DNA of 64,000 nt from Botryllus schlosseri (taxonomy: Eukaryota), in assembly GCA_051294905.1 (NCBI GenBank), contig CM119371.1:28522001-28586000 (forward strand), in the 5' to 3' direction. A program made the position numbers and the translations under genes. Below are positions 50,814 to 63,375 of this stretch, piece after piece; the first letter of the stretch is position 1; every line of letters begins with the position of its first letter. The notes below the pieces were generated by a model. The model worked only from the letters and a program-made list of their open reading frames with translations, had not been told where the DNA came from and did no database searches.

Positions 50814-52187
50814 CAGTGGTTCCCAACCTTTTATCACCCACGTACCATTTCGAGGTTTTATGCAGTGCTAGCGTACCACCTACATAAGTTATGCGCGCCG
50901 AAGGCGGTCAAAAATGTATCCCTAATTTATGACGTCATAATCACGTCTTTGACCTATGCGAGGCGTAATAGCAAATGCTAGTAAACTATAGGCATTATCA
51001 GCCAGGGTTGATGGGATGCGTGAAATTGTTTTTTCACCACCAGTCACAAGAAGATTAACATAATGAAAAAATAGCAAACAACAAACGTCAAGTTATTTAA
51101 TGCGGTGGCTGCATTTGTTTATATTTCACTAGCTCAGCGGTTCTCAAACTTTTTCAGACACGTCCCTTTTATTATTATAAGTAAAAAATCGTGTTAGTGG
51201 CGATTATCACGGCACAGGTTTTGTGCGCCACTTGTTTTTACAATGATTTTGCATTATCCAAATATATACAGCATCGATCAGTTCTATTGGTATACCAACA
51301 GTCCAACATGCACATTCAATATATGGAGCTAGCCGACAATATACAAACGCGACATCAACACATTTGGTTACACAAATATTGAATATGCAACATGTATTAG
51401 CTATATACTGTACAACATTATCCAATATCGTTGGATCTGTTAGAACGTCTTTCAACTCCCAATTTATACGGCTATCTCACGCAGCATGATGTAGTTGTCT
51501 TCTTTAATGTTGATATCTCACACAATGAAACAAAAAATACTCTACAGATTCTTCTGCATTGCATTGCTGACATAGTGGACGCCCCCTTTTATGATATTGA
51601 AAAATTTTGCGCTCCCTTTATCATCATATCACAAAATGCAACCAGAATATTAGCAATCCTAGCGAATGATTTGATTAATTTGATGGCATGGAAGGTTATG
51701 ACAGTTGATAAGAGAATTCTCAAATATGCAATCAGGACGATACACAGAGCTAAAACAATGAAATGGAGGTAAAATCACGCAGCTTCGCGCCACCCTTCAG
51801 ATGCTTTCACGCCCCCAGTTTGAGAACCAATGTACTGGCTGGTCGGTGCGTGGCATATGTTTGCTCACAGCGCATCGAAAGTCATGCATGGGTGCAACAA
51901 GTCGGTTTCGTTTCTACGCCCTGATAGTCATCAGGGATGAAAATCCTTGCTCGCACTACTACGTAGAAGGGAAATTAGCAGCTTGGGAATAGCGTGAGAA
52001 GCTTATAGAGTCGAGTACGAGGAGGCCATTCTAAGCCTGAAGTATATTGGAAAGCAATATTTGTGTTCAACCCCACCTGAACTAATAACTCCCTTCGGTC
52101 GAAAAAAAAATAGAATCCACTCGCGTACCACCTGGAAGACCTTCGCGTACCACTAGTGGTACGCGTACCACAGGTTGGGAACCACTG
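50814..52187. mobile_element. Charlie-like hAT MITE
   Basis: TIR CAGTGGTTCCCAACCT...AGGTTGGGAACCACTG; perfect TSD GTCTATAG. Confidence 0.9.
51135..51832. mobile_element. Charlie-like hAT MITE nested in the previous element
   Basis: CAGCGGTTCTCAAACT...AGTTTGAGAACCAATG; TSD CACTAGCT/TACTGGCT (6/8 match). Confidence 0.7.
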
Positions 52188-52353
52188 GTCTATAGAAACG
52201 ATGCTCACCAAATTTGGTTCAATTCCAACCAGTGGAAGCGGAGTTATTACCGTCGAAAAATTTGGAATTAAATAAATAGTATTTACGGTGACCGATTCTT
52301 TGTTTATTTATTATAGTTGTAACACGAAACAATAACTTCATATTGTTAATTTA

Positions 52354-52393
52354 TTCGCTAAAAGCTTTTCGACTAACTCTCATCAGTAGCGAA
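52354..52393 (-). ncRNA. Minimal type I hammerhead ribozyme (inverted copy)
   Basis: Exact reverse complement of 53241..53280. Confidence 0.8.
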
Positions 52394-53240
52394 CGTTAGT
52401 GATGGGGTGAAACGAATTCGAAATGTAAGAAATATTTTGTCTGTATGACGTAATAATAACAAAAACAAACAACTGGTAGACGGGCTAGATGCGGTAGTAA
52501 CGGTACAAAACAAACGTTAACGAGTACATATTCGGTTATAAATAACCGAAAACACAACACATAACATTAATGAAATATTCCAAGAGTGTAGAGGCGTTCC
52601 TTCTGGCGACAGAGAATCGGCTTTCGTAGCTTTATGATCGTAGATTCCAGGACCTTTAAATGAAAAAGAGAACGGCCACGAGCAAGTATAGAAAATTGAC
52701 TGTCATTGTAATGATCAGCGCATTCTGGATTGGATAAGAGATGCTGTCTCAGCGCTTGCAGCAAAGAATTCGCCAGCATGTCCCACGGCAAATTAGAATG
52801 AATAATGTTTCTCCTACTCCTTCATCGCAGTCTGTTGACACACTACGTGATTATGATCAAGTTACTGCTTGTAATTCGGCTATTGGACAGCATCTCTTAT
52901 CCAATCCAGAATGCGCTGATCATTACAATGACAGTCAATTTTCTATACTTGCTCGTGGCCGTTCTCTTTTTCATTTAAAGGTCCTGGAATCTACGATCAT
53001 AAAGCTACGAAAGCCGATTCTCTGTCGCCAGAAGGAACGCCTCTACACTCTTGGAATATTTCATCAATGTTATGTGTTGTGTTTTCGGTTATTTATAACC
53101 GAATATGTACTCGTTAACGTTTGTTTTGTACCGTTACTACCGCATCTAGCCCGTCTACCAGTTGTTTGTTTTTGTTATTATTACGTCATACAGACAAAAT
53201 ATTTCTTACATTTCGAATTCGTTTCACCCCATCACTAACG

Positions 53241-53280
53241 TTCGCTACTGATGAGAGTTAGTCGAAAAGCTTTTAGCGAA
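53241..53280 (+). ncRNA. Minimal type I hammerhead ribozyme
   Basis: TTCGCTA-CTGATGA-GA GTTAG TC-GAAA-AGCT-TT-TAGCGAA gives a 7-bp stem I, the conserved core, a 2-bp stem II and a palindromic stem III, as described for Penelope-associated hammerheads. Confidence 0.8.
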
Positions 53281-54048
53281 TAAATTAACAATATGAAGTT
53301 ATTGTTTCGCGTTATTCTGAAGTTCTGTACCACAAATCACTTGTTATTATAGTTGTGCTCACCGTAAATACTATTTTATTCAAATCCAAATTTTCGACGT
53401 CAATAACTCCGCTTCCATTGGTTGGAATTGAACCAAATATGGTGAGCATCGTTTCCATAGACAGCCTAACAATTTCATGGGGTGAACAGTAAATTTTCAA
53501 ATTTTTTAATATTTATTTTTATATAATAAATAGAAATTTCTTCTCCTGTAGCAAAGCGGTTACTGGCTGGAATTGAACCAAATTTTGTGTGTAGGCTTAA
53601 ATTAGGTAATCTAACAATTTTATCAAGTAGTCAGTACGATTTGAGAAAAAAAGTCATTTTTGAAGAGCCCTATTGTGGGGGTTCCAGGGCCATGAGCGGA
53701 ATAAATTTTATATTTTCGCAAGCAGTACAGCGTCAGCTTTTGATTGATATCCGGTTCATCAAATTTAATGCTCGGCAAGCCGGTCAAAAAGGACCGTCAA
53801 ATTGCCTGTAGCCAAATGGAAATTGTGACGTGAACCAATTTCACTGAGCCGTGAGATTTGCTTGTGTCGACACCATATAGGACACTATGGTTTCACCATA
53901 ACCACACGGTCTGACCCTCTCATCAACTAGTGGTTATTAAACTTTTTTGGCTTGTGACACACTAAAAAAATTAAAAAACGCTTGCAGCTGCTTTTTGAGA
54001 AAACATTAACATGGTAATGCGCTGGTTAGGCTCATTTATACTAACATA

Positions 54049-56399
54049 CCATAATTTTCCGAATATAGTGCGCCCCCATGTACAATACGCACCCTTAATA
54101 TGGCTAGCAAATTCTGGGAAAAAGCCTGTACCAATGTATAGTACGTACCCTGCATCCACAGTACATGAAGAGTTGTGTTTTAGTATACGATGTCGTTCTG
54201 TTCTGACTAATTCCATTATAATTTAACAGGGGCTGTAATGCATACCCTCAGAATTGTCCAATATTTACAAATGTTATTCTTTTTTGAATTCCAAGTTTAT
54301 TAAAAAAAAAAAAATTGAAAAATGTTCAGCGGTTCAAAAGATATTGCGATTTAAAATCCTCTCGTCACTAGGTGGCGCTACTTTCAAAAATCTTTGAAAT
54401 CGATATTTTTCGCTTAAATGATGGTAGAGAACCAATTAAAATGTCCAATTAACCAATTCTGGGGCCAAGGAATTCAATAAAACCAACTGTTTTGCCCTAA
54501 ACTCAATGAAAAAAAAGTTACGGATGAAAAAAAAAATGGGGGGGACGGGCTTGAAAATGGCTGTGGGATACGGCCTACACAAAAAAAAATTATTGTGAAA
54601 TGTGCTTCTAAGGAGTATGGTTGATAAAAAGCTTGATTTTAAATTTAATATTTATTCCACCATGAAATATGCATTACATAAAAATTTCATGGTCCCAACC
54701 CATATCCCTGCTCACCGTAAATACTATTATCACGAGTCAAATATATGAATAAATTTATTTGTTTTGGATTTCGAAATTTTTCAAGTAGAATCCGTGCGGA
54801 ACCACCGCTTCAACAATAATAGAAGCAAGTAACAAAAGACATAGTTACAATTGATCTTGAAATGTGGCAAGTCGACGATCCAAAATGCATGCCAAACACG
54901 AAACAAGAAATATGTTCGGATTTTTGACTTTTGCCAATGCTAAGAGACAAAATGCATTTTCTCGTTTGTTCCATGTCATGTAGGATTGCATTTTGTCTCT
55001 TAGCATTGTCAAAAGTCAAAAATCCGAACATATTTCTTGTTTCGTGTTTGGCATGCATTTTGGATCGTCGACTTGCCACATTTCAAGATCAATTGTAACT
55101 ATGTCTTTTGTTACTTGCTTCTATTATTGTTGAAGTGGTGGTTCCGCACGAATTCTACTTGAAACATTTCTAAATCCTAAACAAATAAATTTATTGATAT
55201 ATTTGACTGGTGATAATAGTATTTACGGTGAGCAGGGATATGGGTTAGGACCATGAAATTTTTATGTAATGCATATTTCATGGTGGAATAAATATTAAAT
55301 TTAAAATCAAGTTTTTTATCAACCATACTCCTTAAAAGCACATTTCACAATAATTTTTTTTTGTGTAGGCCGTATCCCACAGACATTTTCAAGCCCGTCC
55401 CCCCCATTTTTTTTTTCATCCGTAACTTTTTTTTCGTTGAGTTTAGGGCGAAACAGTTGGTTTTATTGAATTCCTTGGCCCCAGAATTGGTTAATTAGAC
55501 ATTTTAATTGGTTCTCTACCATCATTTAAGCGAAAAATATTGATTTCAAAGATTTTTGAAAGTAGCGCCACCTAGTGACGAGAGGATTTTAAATCGCAAT
55601 GTCTTTTGAACCGCTCAACATTTTTCAATTTTTTTTTTTTAATAAACTTGGAATTCAAAAAAGAACAACATATGTAAATATTGGACAATTCTGAGAGTAT
55701 GCATTACAAATCTCAAAAAATTTGCTAAATTATAATGGAATTAGTCTTCTGCGATGTCGGTCTTGAACAATCATGACATAACGATCCCTAATCATAATAC
55801 AATTAATGGCCTTGTCTCTACATGATAGTAGATAGCACCCAAAGCCTGCGAGGCCGGTGTCGCGATAGTTCAGGCTATCGACACGACATCTTGCGCATGA
55901 GGCCTATTTTACAGATTAGATTGCTCAGGCCAACGGTTATGTCGTGCACTCCAGGCCTGTTGGAGATGTGATTGATTACGCAAGCGATTATATCCTGCGC
56001 ACATGGCCTCTTGTGTATGCGATTGTTAAGGCCTGTTGTTGACGCGGCGAATTAGCAAGGATTGCCGCGCGTGCTTGCAGCAATCAACGACCTAATTTCG
56101 CTCGCGTACAAAAGGCAAACTGACTCAGCAGTAGATCGCGTGCTGTGCAGACGACTCTCGTTAAATGGGAACACGCTTCTCGCTAATTGGCAGCACGTTA
56201 CACTCTATAATACGAATTACCGGGCACGATGGCCGGGAGTGATGCGCGATTGCAAACAAGCATGAAGAAAGATGTGACTTCAATTTTTTTATCGGGGAGA
56301 TTTTTTAAAAGGCTTGTTTTACCCATGTATAATACGCACCCCCCTATTTTGGGGCAAAAAATCGGTAAGATTTTGCACATTATACATGGAAAATTATGG
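54049..56399. mobile_element. Tc1/mariner (Tc2/pogo-like) non-autonomous element
   Basis: TA|CCATAATTTTCC...GGAAAATTATGG|TA; subterminal AATACGCACCC motifs. Confidence 0.7.
54205..55746. mobile_element. Foldback element: 1.54-kb near-perfect palindrome
   Basis: Arms of ~750 bp beginning GACTAATTCCATTATAATTTA around a short loop near 54975; 4-bp TSD TTCT. The superfamily is uncertain (a 4-bp TSD would fit Sola). Confidence 0.85.
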
Positions 56400-56882
56400 T
56401 ATATGCGACTGAAACAATGGTTACATTGCATTGTTGACGACATACTCGTATTTCGTCGTCAAATTCCAAGTAATAACTCCAGGGCAGGGGCGTAGGGCGT
56501 AGCCAGCCGAGAATAATGGGGGGTGTAAGTAAAGAGGGGTGTTTCGTCAACAAAGGGTGTTCTGAATTATACCCGATTTATCGGTTTAATTGTATGCATA
56601 AATGCTTCTACTACAAGAATCGGATAATCTAGCTCGTGTTAACAACTCCATACGCATATACATAGCCCTGTTATATTAAAATATAACGCCAATGCCGTAC
56701 GCTACGATGGATAGCAGCCCGAGTACGTCTCTTCGTAGGCGCGCCTCTAATTACTGAGAGCGAGTTACGACATCTACAACACGCGCGCGCGGATCATATT
56801 TCAATCAACGCAGCAGAGGGAGATCTTATAATTTCGCATTCAGATAAGTAGCGGCCTCGACTTAATATGGTACCATAACCAG

Positions 56883-57490
56883 TAGGGTTGTTCAAAAAAA
56901 ACTTTTTTTTCCAAATCTCACTCGCCTAATGACTAAATCGTCAGGTTGTCCAAAAAAACGATGCACACCAAATTTGACTCAATTCCAACCAGTAACGGCC
57001 GTGCAATCTTGAATTGAAATTTTTAAATTATTATTAAAAATAAAAAAATAAAAATTCTCAAATTTTTCTGTCAACCCAATGAAATTGTTGAGCTGTCTCC
57101 AAAGACGATGCAAAACAAATTTGAGTCAATTCCGACTTGTAGAAGTGGAGTTATTCGAGTTTTTCGTTGATAATTCTCGGATTATCCTTGATCCGCGGAT
57201 TATCAACGAAAAACTCAAATAGCGCCGCTTCTACTGGTCGGAATTGACTCAAATTTGTTTTGCATCGTCTTTGAAGACAGCTCAACAATTTCATGGGGTT
57301 GACAGAAAAATTTGAGAATTTTTATTTTTTTATTTTTGATAATAATTTAAAAATTTCAATTCAAGATTGCACGGCCGTTACTGGTTGGAATTGAGTCAAA
57401 TTTGGTGTGCATCGTTTTTATGGACAACCTGACGATTTAGTCATTAGGCGAGTGAGATTTGGAAAAAAAAGTTTTTTTTGAACAACCCTA
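56883..57490. mobile_element. hAT-type palindromic MITE (608 bp)
   Basis: TAGGGTTGTTCAAAA...TTTTGAACAACCCTA; perfect TSD ATAACCAG; almost fully self-complementary; related to the 50595 element. Confidence 0.92.
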
Positions 57491-57894
57491 ATAACCAGAT
57501 TCCCGAACGTTAATATATGCAGTCGGAATCTGATATATCGTGATAACTTGTGCCATGATTCAGTTCGATATAACGCCCGCCCGACGTTCTGATCTTTTTT
57601 AATTCGGCCTGTAACTCATCCACATAACCCAGTTGTATTACCGTGTTTCGATATAGCATCACAACTGGTAAGCTGAGATAACAGCAAAAACAGACATAAC
57701 GTGCCCTTAATTACCAAAAGTGAGCAGCGCGATCAAGTTACAATACAGCCAGAGATATTGTCATTTCGCGCTCACATAAGAACGTGACCGAGTCGGGTAT
57801 CATAACAAATTTCACAAATGATATTGTCGTATATTGTCGTGATATTGATGTAATTGGCGATGAATTAGCTCGGTTGTTAGAGTAACGACTGGCT

Positions 57895-60800
57895 GGGGTC
57901 AGTCCATCCCAAATCAACTAAATTTTTTACCAAAGATAACCCTATGGTCTTCAATTTCAGTCAGATTGCACTCAAACGGAGACAATCATAGCTTGATCAA
58001 AAGAAACCTAATTTAATCAAAATCGGATAAGTCGTTTGAATTCTATCGCAGTTTGAAAAATAGCACTTTTTGCGTTCATTGAACCACGTCAAAATGTATT
58101 TTCCTAAGACCTTATTTCGGAATCGTCATAAAATGGGCTGGGATGGAGTTATCTTGGGTGAATCAATGTTTTTATGACTGCAGTTAAGCGAACTTTGAAT
58201 ATGAACAAGAATTTGCTGGATTTACGAAAAGGTTATGGGTCAAATGTATCGAGAGGGTAGGGACCTCAATGAAGTCAGTCATGCGTGACACAATTTTCCA
58301 TGCCGTATTGTGAAAAAAGGTATTTTGTTAAGTCAGGTATCATATGAAAGCTGTTGATGTCTAGCATTCATTCCTGCCGTGCTCATAAGTGATTTAGCTC
58401 TCATTATTGTTTGTACACGAGTATTTAGTTACCTGGCTTTTCAAGTGCTAATCGCTCCTTTTTTGCAAATTGTTCAGACTAGTTTATTCCAAATCCATGA
58501 CTGTGCAATGTGCATTCTCACTCAATATAGATGAGATCTCAAGCAGGAAAGTAATTGACTGATGGAGTGGTATATAACTGTCTTATACCGCAAGGATCTA
58601 AGCAGTTTTATAGCCTGAAAACTATGATCATGCTATTTCCCCTGTGTTTAAAGGTATTTTGGGTGGTATAATTTATACAGCTGCTCGGTTTTTGATAGAT
58701 TACGCGTTTACGACCATTACTTGATTAAGTAGCCTATATATAGTAGCTAAGCTAGCACTATCCATTTCATTCCCTGGTACAAGTGATATCAGACATTTAT
58801 TCATCCTAATATTCAGTCAAAAATCTGAATACGGAGACAGCCGAGGGAGTGCCTAGTTCTATAATTCACATAACATTTGACTCTAACATCTCCGAGTAAC
58901 CAATATACATAGACAGTCAAGGTAAAATGATCAGTAGAAGGACAGCCTTCGTGCCACAATCTGATTCCCAGGCACTGTTTAAGACCTAGTAGTCGAAGTA
59001 ACATTGTCATCACAATATTTGGGGATATTCTCAAAAATATTTTCTCAAGCTGAGAACTGTTCATATCGCCTCAACAATCGGTCAAATCTCATAGGTAAAC
59101 TACATAGCATAGTGGTAGAGCAATCATTCTCTCATCTGGCCAGTCGAGAACACTTGCAAAACATCAAAATTTGGAAATCCATTCCACAGAATTATTAAAA
59201 CGCTGACCGAACATGTTCACTCAAATCTATTCACAGATTCTCATTAAATTTCTTTTGGAGAACAGCTACATCTCCTGTACAACACCAGGGTGGTAACCAA
59301 GTCGCAAGCTTTCGAATCACTAGTCACTCTCAATTTTATAGTTCTGACTCCAGTCGAGTCATTTTCAATTCACCACCGAGTCAAGTAGTCTGAGTTTCAA
59401 GTCAGTGCGTAGAGGGGTGATGACTTGAGTCCGACTTGATTCAACTCCGGTTCTACCTACTTTTCCCAACTCTGCCCGAGTGATATAAAATGGCTCGGAT
59501 TCATAATATCATAATTTTCCTCAGTCCTAACAGTTTCTAGCCCTATTTTCCAAGTATCAAGACTGCTAGACGAAATAACAATAATGTGGTGAATTTACTA
59601 TTCTTCAAAACTACAATGAATTGTCTTTCTTGGCAGTCTTAGTCTCGAGTCATATGACTTAGCTCGAATCATGAAGAATGACTCGAATGCAAGTCGAGTC
59701 AATGCACAAATTTGCATGAGTCAGGTCATTTAAGGCTCGTGAAAAAATGACTCGAGTCAAGTCAAGTGACTATAGTCATTACAACGCTGTACATGTACGG
59801 CACTTCCGTTGTTACACGAATTCTTAGCTTATGACTTGTAGGTACGCTGATAGTTTTTGTAATTTGAATAGATCACAAGATTTCAGTTGCAGTTTTGAAC
59901 CTTTGTGATGATAACAAGTGTTTTGTAGTTGATGTCTCTTGTTGATCAAGCTTATACTATATAAAGTATTGCTGCAAATGTAACCCTGGCATTCCTCTTT
60001 ACCACATCCACATTACTAGTCAGAATACCTACACAGCAAAAGTTTAAAATAAGTAATGATATAGTTTTCGTTGAAAAGTTCATATAAGCATTTCATCCTT
60101 ATACCGGGTCAGAATCTTCAAATCTCATGTTTTCAAATCACACATGTGACATGGAGCTTTCAAGATTGCAAGAGAAATCTTGGCCACTTACGAAGAATAA
60201 CTCCGATGGAACCAAATCATAAATGTGCCTAGTGCAATTATCAAAATTATATTTTTCAACCATGCACAGCTGTTATACCGCCAGACTGTTTGAAGATTCA
60301 TTCATAGAAATGATGTAATGTATTTAAATAATCTATGCACGACTCACTAAAATATGAAAGAGGCTATAAAAAGCAGGAATATGAAGTAAGCCCTGCCCCA
60401 AGCTATTTAATATGCCTAATGAAGCATTAATCAATAATATTTGTCAAGAATGTGTATAAACTATATAACCTAAAATACCTTTAGACACATGAAAATACAT
60501 GAATATAGTTTTCTTGCTATAATGCAGCTTAGATACTTGAAATCACTGGTGGCATTGCTTTTATTGGACAGTGCTCATTCTTAGCTTTCATATGATACCT
60601 TACTCAATAAATTTGAAGTATACCTTTTTTCACAATTCACCCTGGAAATATTCACCACGCATGACTGGTTTTACTTCAGCCCCCCTTTTAACCCCAAACG
60701 GTTAGGTTATTATCGTAATAAAAACATTCAAAATTAGTGTTAGGCTATGTACTTTCTGAAAATGTACTCTATTTAAAGCCATAGAGAAATACTATAATTT

Positions 60801-61028
60801 ACAGTTAAATTCTAAAGTTCATGATCTAAAAAATGATACCTCTTTACGGTTGACTGAGCACAAAAAGTGTACTTTTTCAAATCCCCATAAATCCAAAACC
60901 GCTGAATGAATTTCCGCGAAATAACTTTTGTTCCGTTTGAAATTGATCTATGTTGCTTAGGAATTGCATTTGATGTCTATTTTGAAACACGTGGTTATCT
61001 GCCTCAGTTGATTTGGGCTGGACTTACA
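57895..61028. mobile_element. Old foldback-type element with ~480-bp degenerate TIRs, inside an outer GGTTGTTAGAGTAACGACTG inverted pair (~57872 / ~61546)
   Basis: AGTCCATCCCAAATCAACT versus AGTTGATTTGGGCTGGACT, plus matching blocks such as GGTATCATATGAAAGCT / AGCTTTCATATGATACC. Confidence 0.6.
59286..59789. mobile_element. hAT-type GACTCGAGTC MITE (degenerate copy)
   Basis: CAGGGTGGTAA...TTACAACGCTG; homologous in reverse orientation to the 62274 copy. Confidence 0.75.
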
Positions 61029-62273
61029 TCTTGCAAATCGTTATTCGGCCTCTAACAGATCTCCTGATTGTCATGGTTTAATATTCGCGCTAATACACCT
61101 TCGCTTTGCTATGAATTGTTCACAGATCGTTTCTGCGGATCTGGATTAATTCAAATTATGCACCATGAGTTTTGATTCAACTTAATATCGTTCGCTAAAT
61201 TGATGTAGCATTTTTGCTATGTTGGGATGGTAAAGAGTAAAGACCAATGTCAGTAGCCCGTCTCAGGCCCAGGCTTAGGCTCAGGTTCGTCATCGGAAAA
61301 GCATTCCTTAATTGGATTACGATGCAAAAGTGACAAATGCGGATTATTCAGGACTATATCGACTCATTATTACCACATTGCATCGAATATTTATAGAACT
61401 GTAATACATAGCTAATCGCCGAGCGACCTAAAAATTTTTCGCGCCTCCGATGCGTCTATGATTGTTTTTATTTTCGGCTAAATGTGTGAAAGCAGGACAA
61501 GAGATAACATAGCACTAAAAGGCGGGCAGTCGTTACTCTAACAACCTTGTTATTTCAAATTCATTCATGTATCAAACAGATTCCGCAATGCGCATTTGAT
61601 TAAAACAAGTCAAGATATCAAGCCGAGTTGCCAATTTATTTGGTCCGCGAAATAGCGTGATGTTCCGCTGTGTTGTAACATGATACCTAAAGTACTCTCA
61701 TTACCACAGACGAGAGAAGAATCGGAGAAAAAGGGGTATATTGGCATTGATCGTTCCGTGAAAACACTCGCCGTGCAACAATTACGAATGCGCGATTATG
61801 CCAAGAAATATTGCCACTAGATTTGGGATTCAAAAAGGGAGGGTGTTCTAGTTTGGAAAGGGGGGTGTTTGGACACCCGAAACACCCCCTGGATACGCCC
61901 CTGCTCTCGGGCACAGCTTTTAATGCAAGTCATTACAAAGAAGCTATGTTCAAATAGTCATGGAGATACAAATGGCAATAGAACTCGGAATGCTTCTGTA
62001 CCTACCATGATAGAGGATTTGAAATGAGACAGCCATAACTCGTCTATTTTTGTAGAAGAGCGTTTTAAATAACGGAAGGTTTTATATACCGGTATATCAA
62101 TGAACAATGACCTGTTCTTCTGCGAAAAGATTGCTAGCTTCATTGCTTCCAAATATATAATGTATATATATAAGTAACCATCAAATGATATAATCAAGAG
62201 AATGGCAGAAATACTGCAATGCAAGTTGAAGTCCAGGGTTTTGTGGACTAATATTTTGTTGACGAGATTCTTC

Positions 62274-62803
62274 CAGGGTTGTAATGACTCGAGTCACGTT
62301 TTTCAGATGACTCGACTTGACTCGAGTCATTTTCTCAAAATACGGAATTGACTCGACTTGGACTCGAGTCATTGTGCATGACTCAAACCAAGTCATATGA
62401 CTCGAGACTCAGACGGCCAAGACTGACGTTTCATTTTAATTTCGAGGAATAGTAAAGTAATCACACTATTGGGATTTCGTCTATGGGTAGCCTACTGGTA
62501 CTTGAAAACACGTCAAGAAATTGCTAAAAATGACGAAAATTAGTATATTATAAATGCGAACCATTCGATATCACCAAACAGAGTTATAAAAAGTGGATTT
62601 AACAAGCCTTTAATTGTAAACTGGGAAGTCAACATAATGACTTGGACTCAACTCGAGTCATATTACCATGACTCGGACTCGAACCTCTGCTCGGTGACTT
62701 GGACTCGGTGGTGAATTGAAAATGACTCGACTTGACTCGAGTCAAAACTAAAAAATTGAGATTGACTTGTGACTCGGAGCCTTGTGACTTGGTTACAACC
62801 CTG
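62274..62803. mobile_element. hAT-type GACTCGAGTC MITE
   Basis: TIR CAGGGTTGTAA...TTACAACCCTG; perfect 8-bp TSD GATTCTTC. Confidence 0.92.
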
Positions 62804-63204
62804 GATTCTTCACAAGGAGTATGAAACGAACCCTCGACACAACGACCCAATTTTAGTGTGACAATTAACCTAACGGCAATGTCATGATTGCATTGAAATG
62901 GCCACAAATGCGCTTGTTTATCAGCAACAAAGCAGTTAGAGAGCCTTCAAGTCACATATATTTGCCTGCGTGCCTTGATTTAAATATTTATCAAGTTCAT
63001 TCCAATAAATTACAGAAATATTCACGGCACATGTCTGCCAATCTGTGGCGCCGTAGCGGTACACAGTTTGGGAATCACTGAACTAGTCGGCAGAATTTCA
63101 AAAGCAAGCTAAGACAACTTATTTTAACCAATCACATCAGTTGGCGGACAATGGGCAGGATACCCTGAATAAATTTGCCGTTCGGGTTACAGAACTCGAG
63201 AATA

Positions 63205-63375
63205 GCACGAAACAATAAAAAATGGTAATTTTGTTATTAAATTCACTGAAAGCTTCTCGACTAACTCGTCAGTAGCAAACGTCTGTAATATGGTGAATCA
63301 AATTCAAATTTAGATGATTTTCCTACGATGTGACGTCATAATACAAAAACAAACATCAATTTTCGAGTATGGTAC
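63205..63375 (-). mobile_element. Decayed Penelope pseudo-LTR remnant with a degenerate hammerhead (~63242-63279)
   Basis: Collinear similarity to 52321-52470. The minus strand reads TTTGCTA-CTGACGA-GTTAGTC-GAGA-AGCT-TT-CAGTGAA, with the core GAAA mutated. Confidence 0.6.

Larger units (their letters stand above)
52321..53343 (+). mobile_element. Penelope-like retroelement 3' fragment with an inverted pseudo-LTR
   Basis: GIY-YIG C-terminal part LQQRIRQH...SAIGQHL...FSILARG...LESTIIKLRKPILCRQKE; ~429-bp near-perfect inverted arms (52320-52748 / 52886-53314); ~30-bp tail; 13-bp TSD TTATTATAGTTGT at 52308-52320 and 53344-53356. Confidence 0.88.
50595..53672. mobile_element. hAT-type long-TIR MITE (TAG(A/G)GCTCTTCAAAAA ends) hosting further insertions
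   Basis: 8-bp TSD TTGTGGGG at 50587-50594 and 53673-53680; arms of ~310 bp once nested inserts are removed. Confidence 0.85.
50417..53889. mobile_element. Second, truncated copy of the P-like MITE family of 23938..25357, split by a hAT MITE
   Basis: 50520-50594 plus 53681-53889 match the right arm of the 23938 element, ending GGACACTATG. Confidence 0.75.
56485..61903. mobile_element. Tip100-like hAT wrapper hosting nested elements
   Basis: CAGGGGCGTA...TACGCCCCTG ends; TSD CTCCAGGG/CTCTCGGG (6/8 match); subterminal similarity to the 38061 element. Confidence 0.6.

Noticed and set aside
52567..52791. Minus-strand 74-aa ORF duplicating the GIY-YIG peptide
   Set aside because: It is just the inverted arm of the Penelope insertion, not a separate gene.
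62274..62803. GACTCGAGTC repeat clusters (also 8224, 25994, 59286) as CRISPR-like arrays
   Set aside because: Spacing is irregular, there is no constant repeat-spacer period and no cas genes; they are bounded by TIRs and 8-bp TSDs, so they are MITE subterminal repeats.
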